Virus record (IMG/VR): IMGVR_UViG_3300020158_000005
Location: 1 to 64,000 of that record
Direction: 5' to 3' (one strand)
Length of the DNA stretch: 64,000 nt
From: a virus
Taxonomy: Duplodnaviria > Heunggongvirae > Uroviricota > Caudoviricetes
Shown here: in pieces, positions 1 to 9,371 of the stretch
How the letters are laid out: every line of letters starts with the position of its first letter
Numbering within the stretch: position 1 is the first letter of the stretch
Notes under the pieces: model-generated
Databases searched by the model: none
Told to the model about the DNA's origin: nothing
Seen by the model: the letters and a program-made list of their open reading frames with translations, nothing else
Program-made: the position numbers and the translations under genes

Positions 1-74
1 TCTAAAGATTGTCCTATATAAATTCTATCAGAGGGAGAAGTTATTTTATATATACCGCAAATTTTATCCATACA

Positions 75-1637
75 CTAAAAATAATAAATTTCTGGTTTAG
101 ATACAAGTTTTTCTGTAATTGATTTTGTAGAATTAACATTTGTATCTATTAATGTTATATTCTCTTTCTGCATAAGTTCTTTTTTAGGTGAAAGTCCTAA
201 ATATTCTCTTAATGCCTTTTTGTCAAAATCATCTGGTATAGATGCTTCTCCTACAGGAATTAGTTCTGGTATCAATATAGGAGCAAAGCTTATTCTATCT
301 TCAGAAATACCATTTAATCTACCTTCTACACCTGTACTTTCTACAACATAAAAATGAGTGTCATATCTATATTCTGAGGATATTACTATAAATTCACCAT
401 CATGAATATCAACTCTCACTAAATCAAGATATTTAAATTTAGGTGTAGGTTTAGTTGTAGGATTGTACACATTAGGAATAGGTTGTTCTTTTGTAGTGGT
501 ATTGATTTTTTGCAGCCCTCCTTCTGTGACCCAATTACCATAATCTACTAATTTATACCAAAAATGCCCATTTTCATAGGTAAATTCTTCTATTATATAC
601 TCTATAATACCATTATTAGTAGGAAATCCTATACAATTTCCTTGACTAGTCGGTTCACAATATTGAAATCCTCCTTGTTGGATTAATACTTTATCAGTTA
701 TTTTAAACTTAGGTTTAATGTTCTTACTAGATTCAAAATCCACTTGTGGGGCAGGTTCTTTGGGAGCTAGTCCTATAATTTCTGTATATAAACAATATCC
801 ATCCTCTACTTTTACTTGGTATTTATATTTACCATTATCACAAATACTCACTACAGTTCCAACATTACCTTCCCAACCAACAGCACTTACATTAGATTCT
901 CCAACAATCACCCTATCTCCTATTTTATACACTTTTTCTGTTTCTATAGCTTCTACAAGAGAAATTTCATTTTCTGCCCAATTAGTAAATTGACTTCCTT
1001 GGTCTGACAGTCCTCCATACATGAATTGTTTAACCTCATCATCATAAGTTATACGATTTACATTAAAAACACTTCCTAATTTAGTTTTTACTTTCTCATA
1101 TAACTTATATTTAGATGTTTTTTTTGAGAAAGGTTCCTCTATTTTAGGCATTCCTAATTTATATAAATCTTCAAATGGTGCATATATATCTGTATATATA
1201 GCACATTCAAAATGAAAATTATCACCAATACTACTTATAAACAAGTAATTATATTGTTTATCTGTAATATCTTCATTTTCATAAACAGTAGTTTTTCCAA
1301 GAGATTTTAACCATTTTGTAACATGAGGAATGTATTCTTTTTTAGGAATTTTGTAATAACTTTTAAATGTTTTTAAAATGGTAGGCTCTATATACACCTC
1401 ATATTCATCTTCATAAATAAGTGTATATAAATCATTATCATTATAATCTTTTCTACCTGTAGGAACAACTCTAATATTTGTATCAAAACCATACGTAAGA
1501 GCTATACAAATATCTCCTGGGTTAGGATTAAATTTCCATTTACCTACATTTTTGATTTTTTTGGTTATTTTTATCCTGTCCCCTTCTTTAGCCTTAAACA
1601 TTTTATTTATATTTAACTGAGAAATACTCCCAAGCAT
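75..1637 (-). CDS. hypothetical protein with four K-x-GD-x-V (KOW/SH3-like) repeats; true start may be an internal Met
   Basis: 520-aa ORF; repeated motifs KEGDRIKI, KIGDRVIVG, KITDKVLI, KYLDLVRV; the 5' end overlaps ORF 1603-1815 in another frame. Confidence 0.5.
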   Translation of the reverse strand: MLGSISQLNINKMFKAKEGDRIKITKKIKNVGKWKFNPNPGDICIALTYGFDTNIRVVPTGRKDYNDNDLYTLIYEDEYEVYIEPTILKTFKSYYKIPKKEYIPHVTKWLKSLGKTTVYENEDITDKQYNYLFISSIGDNFHFECAIYTDIYAPFEDLYKLGMPKIEEPFSKKTSKYKLYEKVKTKLGSVFNVNRITYDDEVKQFMYGGLSDQGSQFTNWAENEISLVEAIETEKVYKIGDRVIVGESNVSAVGWEGNVGTVVSICDNGKYKYQVKVEDGYCLYTEIIGLAPKEPAPQVDFESSKNIKPKFKITDKVLIQQGGFQYCEPTSQGNCIGFPTNNGIIEYIIEEFTYENGHFWYKLVDYGNWVTEGGLQKINTTTKEQPIPNVYNPTTKPTPKFKYLDLVRVDIHDGEFIVISSEYRYDTHFYVVESTGVEGRLNGISEDRISFAPILIPELIPVGEASIPDDFDKKALREYLGLSPKKELMQKENITLIDTNVNSTKSITEKLVSKPEIYYF

Positions 1638-1815
1638 AAGAATTTAGGTCCACTTTAAAACCAAATTCATTTCTTACGTTGTTCAGCCCTGTCTCGCTGA
1701 ATTCTAATTCATAACTGTATTCTGTTCTGTGTTTCTTATATTGCTCATCAAAATGTGTGAAATGCAATTTTTCGATTTTAATTTCCATAATTTTCTGTTG
1801 AAATAACGTTATCAA
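1603..1815 (-). CDS. hypothetical small protein
   Basis: 70-aa ORF on the same strand as the surrounding block; overlaps the N-terminus of the 520-aa ORF. Confidence 0.3.
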   Translation of the reverse strand: MITLFQQKIMEIKIEKLHFTHFDEQYKKHRTEYSYELEFSETGLNNVRNEFGFKVDLNSYAWEYFSVKYK

Positions 1816-2038
1816 TTGGGTTTAATACATCTAATAATTCTTCTGTTGTAAAATCTGAGAGTGTTACTTTTTTACAAGGTGTTACACCTCTTTTAAGAGA
1901 TTTAGCCATTGCTATTCTCACATCTCTATCAAATAGTGGGTCTAACCTTAATAACTCATTGATGTAAAACACCTTAGTTATTTGTTCGCTACTATTTACA
2001 TCTTCTTGTTTTGTCTCTATTGCTTCTTGCAAAGTCAT
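1778..2038 (-). CDS. hypothetical protein
   Basis: 86-aa ORF in the leftward block. Confidence 0.4.
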   Translation of the reverse strand: MTLQEAIETKQEDVNSSEQITKVFYINELLRLDPLFDRDVRIAMAKSLKRGVTPCKKVTLSDFTTEELLDVLNPIDNVISTENYGN

Positions 2039-2053
2039 AACTAAAATTATTAT

Positions 2054-2087
2054 ATCCTGTTATGCTTAATTAAAAACATAACAGGAT
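2054..2087 (-). terminator. intergenic hairpin, perfect 11-bp stem ATCCTGTTATG/CATAACAGGAT with a 12-nt loop; possible terminator or processing site
   Basis: perfect inverted repeat 7 nt downstream of the stop of ORF 2095-2307 and before the start at 2038; weak T-tract on the minus strand. Confidence 0.3.
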
Positions 2088-2094
2088 AAGTTAA

Positions 2095-2307
2095 TTACTT
2101 ATTTCCTAGAAAGGGAATATATACCGATAATACAGCTACTGCTGTTTTGAATAGGTTTGCCCATCTGTAACGGGAAATACCTAGTTCTAATTCGTGTCTT
2201 CTAGAGCACACTGTATAGTGTCTCTCATGATTAACTACTTTGATGTGTTCATCATCCATAAAACGAACAGAACATACTTTTTTTGCTGTGCCAATACGAC
2301 TACGCAT
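2095..2307 (-). CDS. hypothetical protein
   Basis: 70-aa ORF. Confidence 0.35.
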   Translation of the reverse strand: MRSRIGTAKKVCSVRFMDDEHIKVVNHERHYTVCSRRHELELGISRYRWANLFKTAVAVLSVYIPFLGNK

Positions 2308-2313
2308 TTTAAT

Positions 2314-2505
2314 TTATTTAATGTGTATATAATCTGAATCTACCCCAAGTTCTTCGAGATAGTCCAGGAGTTCTTTTCTTGTACCATCTTTTTCATGAGT
2401 GTAATTACCTTGTTCATAAAGATAATATTCCAAATCATGATGGCTTATGATGTAATAAGCTGTTTCTTCTCCCATTTCATGAGAGAATAATGAATGATTT
2501 TTCAT
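2314..2505 (-). CDS. hypothetical protein
   Basis: 63-aa ORF; its start abuts the stop of the next ORF. Confidence 0.35.
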   Translation of the reverse strand: MKNHSLFSHEMGEETAYYIISHHDLEYYLYEQGNYTHEKDGTRKELLDYLEELGVDSDYIHIK

Positions 2506-2786
2506 TAGAAATATAATTTAATGTACCCTTCATGAATAGTTGCTTTCTTGTATTCTAAGTTTAATTCAAAACCTAAAGGCAATTGAATTCCTTTTGTTTG
2601 TTTAGCAGCTTCTCTTTTAGGTGTAACACCACTTTTAATTTCATACATTTTGGCTGTTACTCCAGCTAATGGTCTTCCTAATCTAGGAGCTAACCATTTA
2701 GCAGCTTTAGATACATTACCAATTTTTTCTATTGCTGTTGTAGCAGCTTTGATTTCTGATTCTTTCCAAAAGTTAATTGTAGACAT
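2505..2786 (-). CDS. hypothetical protein
   Basis: 93-aa ORF, stop/start coupled to its neighbours. Confidence 0.4.
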   Translation of the reverse strand: MSTINFWKESEIKAATTAIEKIGNVSKAAKWLAPRLGRPLAGVTAKMYEIKSGVTPKREAAKQTKGIQLPLGFELNLEYKKATIHEGYIKLYF

Positions 2787-2787
2787 T

Positions 2788-3339
2788 TTATTTGATTTTA
2801 GCTATACAACACATGGCTGATGTGTCGAAATAGGGTGTATAAATATAGGTTCCTTTTGCTGTTTTGAATATTGTGTGCAATACAGGCTCATTTACATCTT
2901 TAATTTCTATAATAGATTCATCTCTATCTTTAAAAAATTTTCCTAGTGTAAAGCTTGTGCCTGCTCTTAAAGAAAAAGTCATCATAAAGTTATTTTTAAA
3001 CTTTATAAGATGCTCTGTCATAAATTTAATTGTACAACAATAATCGAGGTCATATATAGTATTAGGTAGGTCAGGGGTAGCTTTTAAAATATCCCCAAAC
3101 ATTAACTTAATACCATGACCTTTTATTTTAGAAAGTTGTAAAAGTAAGGTTTTACTATCTCTTTCCCATACTTCAATGTTTTTATAACCTTTAATTTTAT
3201 AATTATCTAAACATTCTTGAATATCAGGACCACCTAAACCTACTATATTAGTATATTTAGGCATTTTAGAAAATAAAAAATCTCTCACTTTATGTTTATG
3301 TATTCCCATTTCTCCTAAATAAGTGTCTTTTAAGCTCAT
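2788..3339 (-). CDS. hypothetical protein, possible SAM-dependent methyltransferase-like fold
   Basis: 183 aa; glycine-rich IVGLGGPD (motif-I-like) about 60 aa before DLDYCC (weak motif-IV-like); assignment tentative. Confidence 0.4.
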   Translation of the reverse strand: MSLKDTYLGEMGIHKHKVRDFLFSKMPKYTNIVGLGGPDIQECLDNYKIKGYKNIEVWERDSKTLLLQLSKIKGHGIKLMFGDILKATPDLPNTIYDLDYCCTIKFMTEHLIKFKNNFMMTFSLRAGTSFTLGKFFKDRDESIIEIKDVNEPVLHTIFKTAKGTYIYTPYFDTSAMCCIAKIK

Positions 3340-3580
3340 TTTATATGTTATTGATTAATAATATTGTTTAAGGATTTCCTGGAAGGAAAATACATACTAA
3401 TACCACTACAATAGCCCAAGCTATGTAAATGTGGGTTGCTTTAAGTTTCATAATTAATGTGTTTGAATTATTAATGCACTATTATTTTTGTTCCATTTAC
3501 TTGCTCCTACATATAAGTAGGATGTAAAGAAAATTGCTTGGTAAATTAATACACTACAAATGTTTTTCATTTGATTAAGT

Positions 3581-3907
3581 TTAATATCTGTATAATTTAA
3601 GTGCCTCATCATCACATGGTACAAGAGTTCTAATAGTACTCTCACCATATATTTTAGTACCTAATTCTGCTACTGTTTTATTTTTTCTTTCTTCAGTAGA
3701 TATATAATCAGGTTCCACAGATACATAAATAGCCCAATCATTAATGATACCACGTTTGGCTACCCATCTTAGGTCTCCATCTATAGCAAGAGTGTACAAT
3801 TCATTATCACATGGAAGTACTCCACATGCAAATATTGTATTCTCAGGCATAGAGTCTAATATTGATTTAGTTATCATTTTGTATCTTTTATAGCTTGAAT
3901 AATCCAT
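3581..3907 (-). CDS. hypothetical protein
   Basis: 108-aa ORF. Confidence 0.4.
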   Translation of the reverse strand: MDYSSYKRYKMITKSILDSMPENTIFACGVLPCDNELYTLAIDGDLRWVAKRGIINDWAIYVSVEPDYISTEERKNKTVAELGTKIYGESTIRTLVPCDDEALKLYRY

Positions 3908-4164
3908 TTAATACGAGTTTCCCAACCTGCATATGTTGTTGGTGCAAAATATACAGGGTATTTATATCTAGTACCTTTAAACATTTCTATAGGTTTGTGT
4001 TTATTTAATTCAGGAAACTCATGTATTTCACAATCCCAATAAGTTCCACTCACCCTATTTAAATAATAACAAAGTCCTTCATTTGTAGATGAATCTTTGC
4101 ATACAACTTTTAATAATCTCTTATAGATTTCATGTCTTTGTTTTTTTGAATACACTCTTTTCAT
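3874..4164 (-). CDS. hypothetical protein
   Basis: 96-aa ORF. Confidence 0.4.
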   Translation of the reverse strand: MKRVYSKKQRHEIYKRLLKVVCKDSSTNEGLCYYLNRVSGTYWDCEIHEFPELNKHKPIEMFKGTRYKYPVYFAPTTYAGWETRIKWIIQAIKDTK

Positions 4165-4349
4165 GTTGTAACAGATTTGTTGTAGATGGCATTATCTACG
4201 GCACTAAATAATGTTTCCACACTTTCCCAAGGAGTTGTGTCCCAATGCCATAAGGCACATAATCCTATTAGTATTATTACAGGTAGTAAGCATACAAGTA
4301 CGCAAACGGCTAAAAACCAGTAACACACTTCATTTACTATTTTTTTCAT
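4161..4349 (-). CDS. small membrane protein
   Basis: 62 aa with a hydrophobic core LAVCVLVCLLPVIILIGLCAL; ATGA overlap with the downstream ORF. Confidence 0.4.
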   Translation of the reverse strand: MKKIVNEVCYWFLAVCVLVCLLPVIILIGLCALWHWDTTPWESVETLFSAVDNAIYNKSVTT

Positions 4350-4585
4350 ATTTTTTAATTAAAGTATAAGTATTTCGTCAGTATTAAATACATTCATTTG
4401 ATTACAAGTGTTTTCTATAGAGTCTTCGTTATAGAATCCAATATAACATATTCCTGTTATTAAACTCTTAATGTAACGCTTTCCATTAGGTAATTTATAT
4501 ATTCTATACATAACAAAGTTTTTAAAAAACATCACCAATTCACGATATGTATTCCCCTGTTCTCAGGATATGATGTTTTTATGTT

Positions 4586-4810
4586 TTAAAGAAATCTACC
4601 TATTTTAGCACCAATGAACATTAATTCCTCTGGTGTTTGAGCTATTTTAGCTCCTGCAGCTAGTAATTCTGCTACAGTAACATTATTAGATTTGAGAAAT
4701 TTTAACATCTCTTCTGCTAATATGCCAGCGATTTCTAATACTCTTTCTTTTGTGATTCCTATAGCTATTGCATAGTCATCATTTTCTACCACTTTAAATT
4801 CAAAGCTCAT
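4586..4810 (-). CDS. hypothetical protein
   Basis: 74-aa ORF. Confidence 0.4.
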   Translation of the reverse strand: MSFEFKVVENDDYAIAIGITKERVLEIAGILAEEMLKFLKSNNVTVAELLAAGAKIAQTPEELMFIGAKIGRFL

Positions 4811-4892
4811 GATTTTTGTTTTTTAATTGATAAATACATACACCCTATAACTATAAAGTATAGGATGTATGCTGTAATTACTGATGTTTGTA

Positions 4893-5117
4893 TCATTTTC
4901 CTTCTATTTCAGGTTGGTCTTCAGCTAGTCTTATTAATGCAAAGAATAACACTAAAAATACAGCAGTGAGATATATAAATCTAGCTCCTAATATACAGAA
5001 GAAATTGTATATAAACTCCCAACTGGCTACTAAAAAAGCCCAAAATAGAATTCCTGTCATCCAAATTCCTATTATGGATAGTAGAATTGTCACTATCCAT
5101 TCTAATATATTTTTCAT
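4893..5117 (-). CDS. small two-TM membrane protein
   Basis: 74 aa, strongly hydrophobic; preferred over the overlapping + strand ORF 4888-5130 by strand context. Confidence 0.4.
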   Translation of the reverse strand: MKNILEWIVTILLSIIGIWMTGILFWAFLVASWEFIYNFFCILGARFIYLTAVFLVLFFALIRLAEDQPEIEGK

Positions 5118-5258
5118 GATTTTTAATTAATTTGTACTACAATACCCTTTTGACATTTATCAGCTTCAGTATCAAATAATAAAGGAAATCCAGAAATTAT
5201 ATCAACTATAATATTTGGATAATATGGGTCAAAAGTTTCAATTACTATATACATAATA

Positions 5259-5750
5259 TTACATTTCAAGTTGTTTAATTACTGTTCTTAATGCTGCTAT
5301 TCTTTCTTCTTTATCTTTAAACCATACAGCCTCTTGCCAAACAGTTCTCCATTTATGAAGTTCTGGTAATAACTCATGACAAGCATATTTATCACCCAAT
5401 TTCATAAATTCTGAACAATTATGAGCTATAGCAAAACATGTCCAATTTTCTTTACCTGATTCTATTTTTTCTAAAGCTATTTTATACCATCTAAGTCTTC
5501 TTTGTATATCTGTTTCAGGTATTACAATAGCTTTTCTACCTTCAGCAAATACTAAATAAGCAAAAATAAAACCAACTGCTGATAACATACAAACAAATAC
5601 TAATCCTCCTATACTTGGTTCAAAGTTATAGAAGAATGCAACTATTCCTATCCAAGTAGCTGTTGCTAATAGGATGGATAAACTGATTAATAATATACTT
5701 TTTTTCATATAATTTTTTTTATTGTGGATAATGATTTCGTAACCAAGCAT
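5259..5750 (-). CDS. membrane-anchored hypothetical protein
   Basis: 163 aa with two N-terminal hydrophobic helices and a soluble C-terminal domain. Confidence 0.45.
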   Translation of the reverse strand: MLGYEIIIHNKKNYMKKSILLISLSILLATATWIGIVAFFYNFEPSIGGLVFVCMLSAVGFIFAYLVFAEGRKAIVIPETDIQRRLRWYKIALEKIESGKENWTCFAIAHNCSEFMKLGDKYACHELLPELHKWRTVWQEAVWFKDKEERIAALRTVIKQLEM

Positions 5751-6399
5751 CTATTCTTTCTTTATACCATTCTTTAGATTTCTCTTTATAACCTGACATT
5801 CTCATTTCATAATCAGTTATAATATCTAATAGCTCATCTTTAGAATACATCTTCTCTACTACAGGACTAATAATAACTGTACCATTAGAGCGAAGTTTAG
5901 GACGGTAGTTCTCACGAGATGTGTGACCTATCCATTGTTTAACTGCATCAAATGTATAGTCTAACATTACTTCAGTAATAGGATGTCCTTCATTATAAGC
6001 TTTAATATAAGCCTCTACAAAGTCATCACCTATTCTTGGTATTAGTATAGGTGATTCAGCTCTATGAAGAGCATTAAACCAACTATTTTTAGCCATATCC
6101 ATGTTATACTTAGTATTCTTAAATAACTCAGGATTAGTAGTAGCTACTATCTTTTTACAAGTAGAAACATATATCCAATTAGATGCTTGTTTTACAGTAT
6201 TATATAATAGATTAATAAACCAATCACCTTCTTTTATCTCTTCATCTGATGTGAAGTATAGATGTTTATAAGAATCACCCATTTCTTTCATAGGTGAATA
6301 ATGTTCTGATTTAAACAATCCACCATACTTAGATGTACTAAATACTAATTTACTTGGTTGTTCTGTATCTAATAAAATACATTGTGCTTTCTTCTTCAT
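5719..6399 (-). CDS. hypothetical protein
   Basis: 226-aa ORF. Confidence 0.5.
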   Translation of the reverse strand: MKKKAQCILLDTEQPSKLVFSTSKYGGLFKSEHYSPMKEMGDSYKHLYFTSDEEIKEGDWFINLLYNTVKQASNWIYVSTCKKIVATTNPELFKNTKYNMDMAKNSWFNALHRAESPILIPRIGDDFVEAYIKAYNEGHPITEVMLDYTFDAVKQWIGHTSRENYRPKLRSNGTVIISPVVEKMYSKDELLDIITDYEMRMSGYKEKSKEWYKERIDAWLRNHYPQ

Positions 6400-6402
6400 A
6401 GA

Positions 6403-6654
6403 TTAAGATTTAGATGGTTGACCAAAATATATCTTATTCTCATAGTCTTGTTCAGGCAAATCTTCTCGCTTAACATCTATAAGACAACAAGAAGGTATAT
6501 GTCTTTCTTTACCATCTGAACAATCTGCTATTAATATGCCTGGGTCATTACTCCAAGCTTTGAACTGAGCTGTATAATTAGCTTTACCAGCTTTGCTCTG
6601 TACCATAAATCCGTTGTAGTTAAAATTCTCTACATCATAAACTTTCCTTGTCAT
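6403..6654 (-). CDS. hypothetical protein
   Basis: 83-aa ORF. Confidence 0.45.
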   Translation of the reverse strand: MTRKVYDVENFNYNGFMVQSKAGKANYTAQFKAWSNDPGILIADCSDGKERHIPSCCLIDVKREDLPEQDYENKIYFGQPSKS

Positions 6655-7117
6655 ACTAAAATGATTTTAAGGTGATTAAATAATTATTAGCACCCTTCTT
6701 ATTTGACCTAGCGTTATCAGTGCTGTCCTTATAAGTTAGGGTCTTTGCTGAGAACGAACTTGTGTTGTTGTTATTCATCTTATTCTGTGCTTTTAACAAT
6801 GCAGATTTTCAGGATATATTCCTTTCTCAAGGGAACAACACCATCTTATATTACTATAAGCATCCAATTTTTAAAGTGGCTTTCATTCTTAGTCCACTAT
6901 CCGTCTACCTATACAAACGGATAAAGAAAATTAATCCTGTGGTTAATCAATGTCCACATCTCCTATATACAATTATAGGGTTCTATCATACTCTTTCGAG
7001 GTTAGCACTAATTACTTCCCGCATAACGGTATCTTAAATGGATATTTAAACTAAAGATTAATAAGTTGAAAAGCAAGGAATATGTAAACCTTGCTTTAGT
7101 GTTGTTAGTACATATTT

Positions 7118-7333
7118 TTAGAGAATATCTTTAGTTGCAACATAATAATTATCTAATATATGTTGACAATTCTGTTGCTCTTTAATAATAAGGTCAAGAT
7201 ACATGATTAATGTATTATCCTTATCACAATCACATGTTAACTCTTTCTTAATTAGTTTACATACTGCAATTGTGTTATTTAATGGATGAGCTGTGTCATG
7301 CATTAAACCTAATAGTGATGTTGACAGTGCCAT
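7118..7333 (-). CDS. hypothetical protein
   Basis: 71-aa ORF. Confidence 0.35.
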   Translation of the reverse strand: MALSTSLLGLMHDTAHPLNNTIAVCKLIKKELTCDCDKDNTLIMYLDLIIKEQQNCQHILDNYYVATKDIL

Positions 7334-7832
7334 AAAATATATTTAATTGTTAATAACAAGTTAATGCCCTCTGCATTCAGTTGTAATAGTCCTATTATAT
7401 TCCAAACAGGTATTAGGATACTTTTATAATCTCCCTACTATTACAACTGCTACACCTTGGGAGCTGATTAAAATCTGTAGATATTCACATTGTTTATCAT
7501 TAGTAAGTAATTAGCTTAATAATTCAGATACTCTGTATTTAATCAGGTGGTTTCACATCTTAGTCTATACTAACAAAAGCTACTTGCAGGGTTAATAGAA
7601 TAGCCCAACTCGTTGCAACGCTTAAACTTGTTTCTAAGAAGTCTTCATATCCACTGTAGAATGATGCATTATAGAGCTCCAATGTAGAAACATCAGAGCT
7701 TTGTTCACTGTTCCCATTCGTCTTTCGTTGCTAATTTACTTAACATGAATAAACACAAGAAATAAGCTGCAATGCAACTTATTACACCAATAGCTAGACG
7801 ATGGTGGATTAAAAATTGCATGACAATTTATT

Positions 7833-8042
7833 TTAAAGTGAAGCTATGTCAATAGACATAAGTTTATGCTCTTCTAGTCCTTTCTCAAATATTTTGTCAT
7901 CGCAATTACTACAAACAAATACCATCCCATTCTCAAGGGATAATACTGGAAATGCACCACTACAGGAAACACCACAAATGTGGCATTTCTCTGTATTGAT
8001 GTCAATTAAATGTTCTTCTGGTATGATAATTTCTTCTGGCAT
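7833..8042 (-). CDS. Cys4 zinc-ribbon protein
   Basis: CHICG...CSNCDD motif; start placed at the internal Met (MPEEII); the listed ORF extends to 8075. Confidence 0.4.
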   Translation of the reverse strand: MPEEIIIPEEHLIDINTEKCHICGVSCSGAFPVLSLENGMVFVCSNCDDKIFEKGLEEHKLMSIDIASL

Positions 8043-8264
8043 AAAATATAGCTTTAAGTAAATATATAAAAACACAAATAGATATAGTATTCACAAGGGA
8101 TGTATTGTATTGTTATGCAAGGATTTCATTTAAGGAGTGTATATCCTCCAGCCCTTGAACCGTATATTACGTCATAACCAATAACATCAATCACTCAATA
8201 CTCTTTAAGATGATTCACAATCCTAAAGCTATTAGTTCATCTATTATAAGAGAAAAGAGCCCTT

Positions 8265-8489
8265 TTACAGGCTCTTATAATTATAATCTTCCCACTCCCA
8301 AACAACCTCATTATATCCATTCTCACTACTAATAAAAGGAACTTTGATAGTATTACTATATGTACTAATAATAATAATCTTATCCCCATTATTCAATAAA
8401 TCTTCTACATTAGGGAAATTACCTTCTACAATAGAACGAGTGTTTTTTGTTTTATTAATAATAATATACATAATAATACATTTAATCAA
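8265..8489 (-). CDS. hypothetical protein
   Basis: 74-aa ORF; a hairpin overlaps its stop. Confidence 0.4.
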   Translation of the reverse strand: MIKCIIMYIIINKTKNTRSIVEGNFPNVEDLLNNGDKIIIISTYSNTIKVPFISSENGYNEVVWEWEDYNYKSL

Positions 8490-8618
8490 TAAGAAGAATA
8501 TAACATTAGTTTCCTTCTAATGCTATAATAATATATGCCAATAACGTTTTAAGACGTTAGAATATTCGTTTAATTTAGTGAGTATAGGTACACTCCCATA
8601 TTATGTTCCACGTGGAAC

Positions 8619-8664
8619 CTTTTGTGAAACAAATAAAAGGGAACATACGTTAATACATTCCCTT
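8619..8664 (-). terminator. putative rho-independent terminator, minus strand
   Basis: 7-bp stem AAGGGAA/TTCCCTT followed on the minus strand by TTATTTGTTT. Confidence 0.4.
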
Positions 8665-8855
8665 AATTCTCTTCTATATGTAGGATTATTTAAAATCCCA
8701 CTCTCTAGCATCTTCAACAGATACTAATGTTCCGTATATAATAGCCATAATATGTTGGTTATTAAGGAGTTATGAAATATTGTTGTATATAAAATTGAAC
8801 TAAGAAGTCCAATGAATTTAATATATTGTCCCACCCTTATGTAATACGTACATCC

Positions 8856-8895
8856 CACCCTTGAATAAATAAAACAATCCCAATTAAGGGATTGT
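8856..8895 (-). terminator. putative rho-independent terminator, minus strand
   Basis: 8-bp stem ACAATCCC/GGGATTGT with loop AATTAA, then TTTTATTTATT on the minus strand, 15 nt after the stop of ORF 8910-9371. Confidence 0.5.
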
Positions 8896-8909
8896 CTTAT
8901 TCGTTAGAA

Positions 8910-9371
8910 CTAATTAACTGCAACAGCTCCAATAGTAGCAAACACTGCTGCAAAAGGAACAAGTTCAGATTCAGGAAGTTCACCTGCTTTACCGAAAGAA
9001 AACCAATTACCATTAGTAGAGGTTCCTGTGTAGATAACATAATCTTTCATTAAGTTAGTCATCTTCTCTTGAGTGTTATTACCTTCAAGAACAACAGTAG
9101 CACCTAAACCAATTGGAAAGTAAGTACCATCAGCAGCCACAAGGTGCAAATAGTTCTTATCAGTTTCCTTAAAATTCACGAGTCTAAGGTTTACAGGTTC
9201 AATTACTGCAGCGATTTCACTGATTGATACACGATTTACCTTAGAAGAAGACGCACTTCTTAAATGTGATTTGTAGTCCATAAAATAGATTTTATTGGTT
9301 GAATGGCGGAGATATACCGACACTCGGAAATTATAGTGGGGGTTGAAGGCTGAAGAGGTCCATTTTCCCAT
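8910..9371 (-). CDS. hypothetical protein; alternative start at the internal Met (MDYKSHL, about 9281)
   Basis: 153-aa ORF, last gene of the leftward block. Confidence 0.45.
   Translation of the reverse strand: MGKWTSSAFNPHYNFRVSVYLRHSTNKIYFMDYKSHLRSASSSKVNRVSISEIAAVIEPVNLRLVNFKETDKNYLHLVAADGTYFPIGLGATVVLEGNNTQEKMTNLMKDYVIYTGTSTNGNWFSFGKAGELPESELVPFAAVFATIGAVAVN

Noticed and set aside
718-1007. Plus-strand ORFs 718-993 and 816-1007
   Set aside because: They lie entirely antisense within the 520-aa minus-strand ORF and are low-complexity Ser/Thr/Pro-rich. They are most likely spurious.
4888-5130. Plus-strand 80-aa ORF overlapping the minus-strand membrane-protein ORF
   Set aside because: The same locus encodes a convincing two-TM peptide on the minus strand, consistent with the orientation of the whole block. 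The plus frame is likely a shadow ORF.
6762-7037. Plus-strand 91-aa ORF in the 6660-7117 intergenic stretch
   Set aside because: It is on the opposite strand to all surrounding genes and has a hydrophobic low-complexity composition with no coupling to neighbours. It is more likely non-coding spacer, though not excluded.
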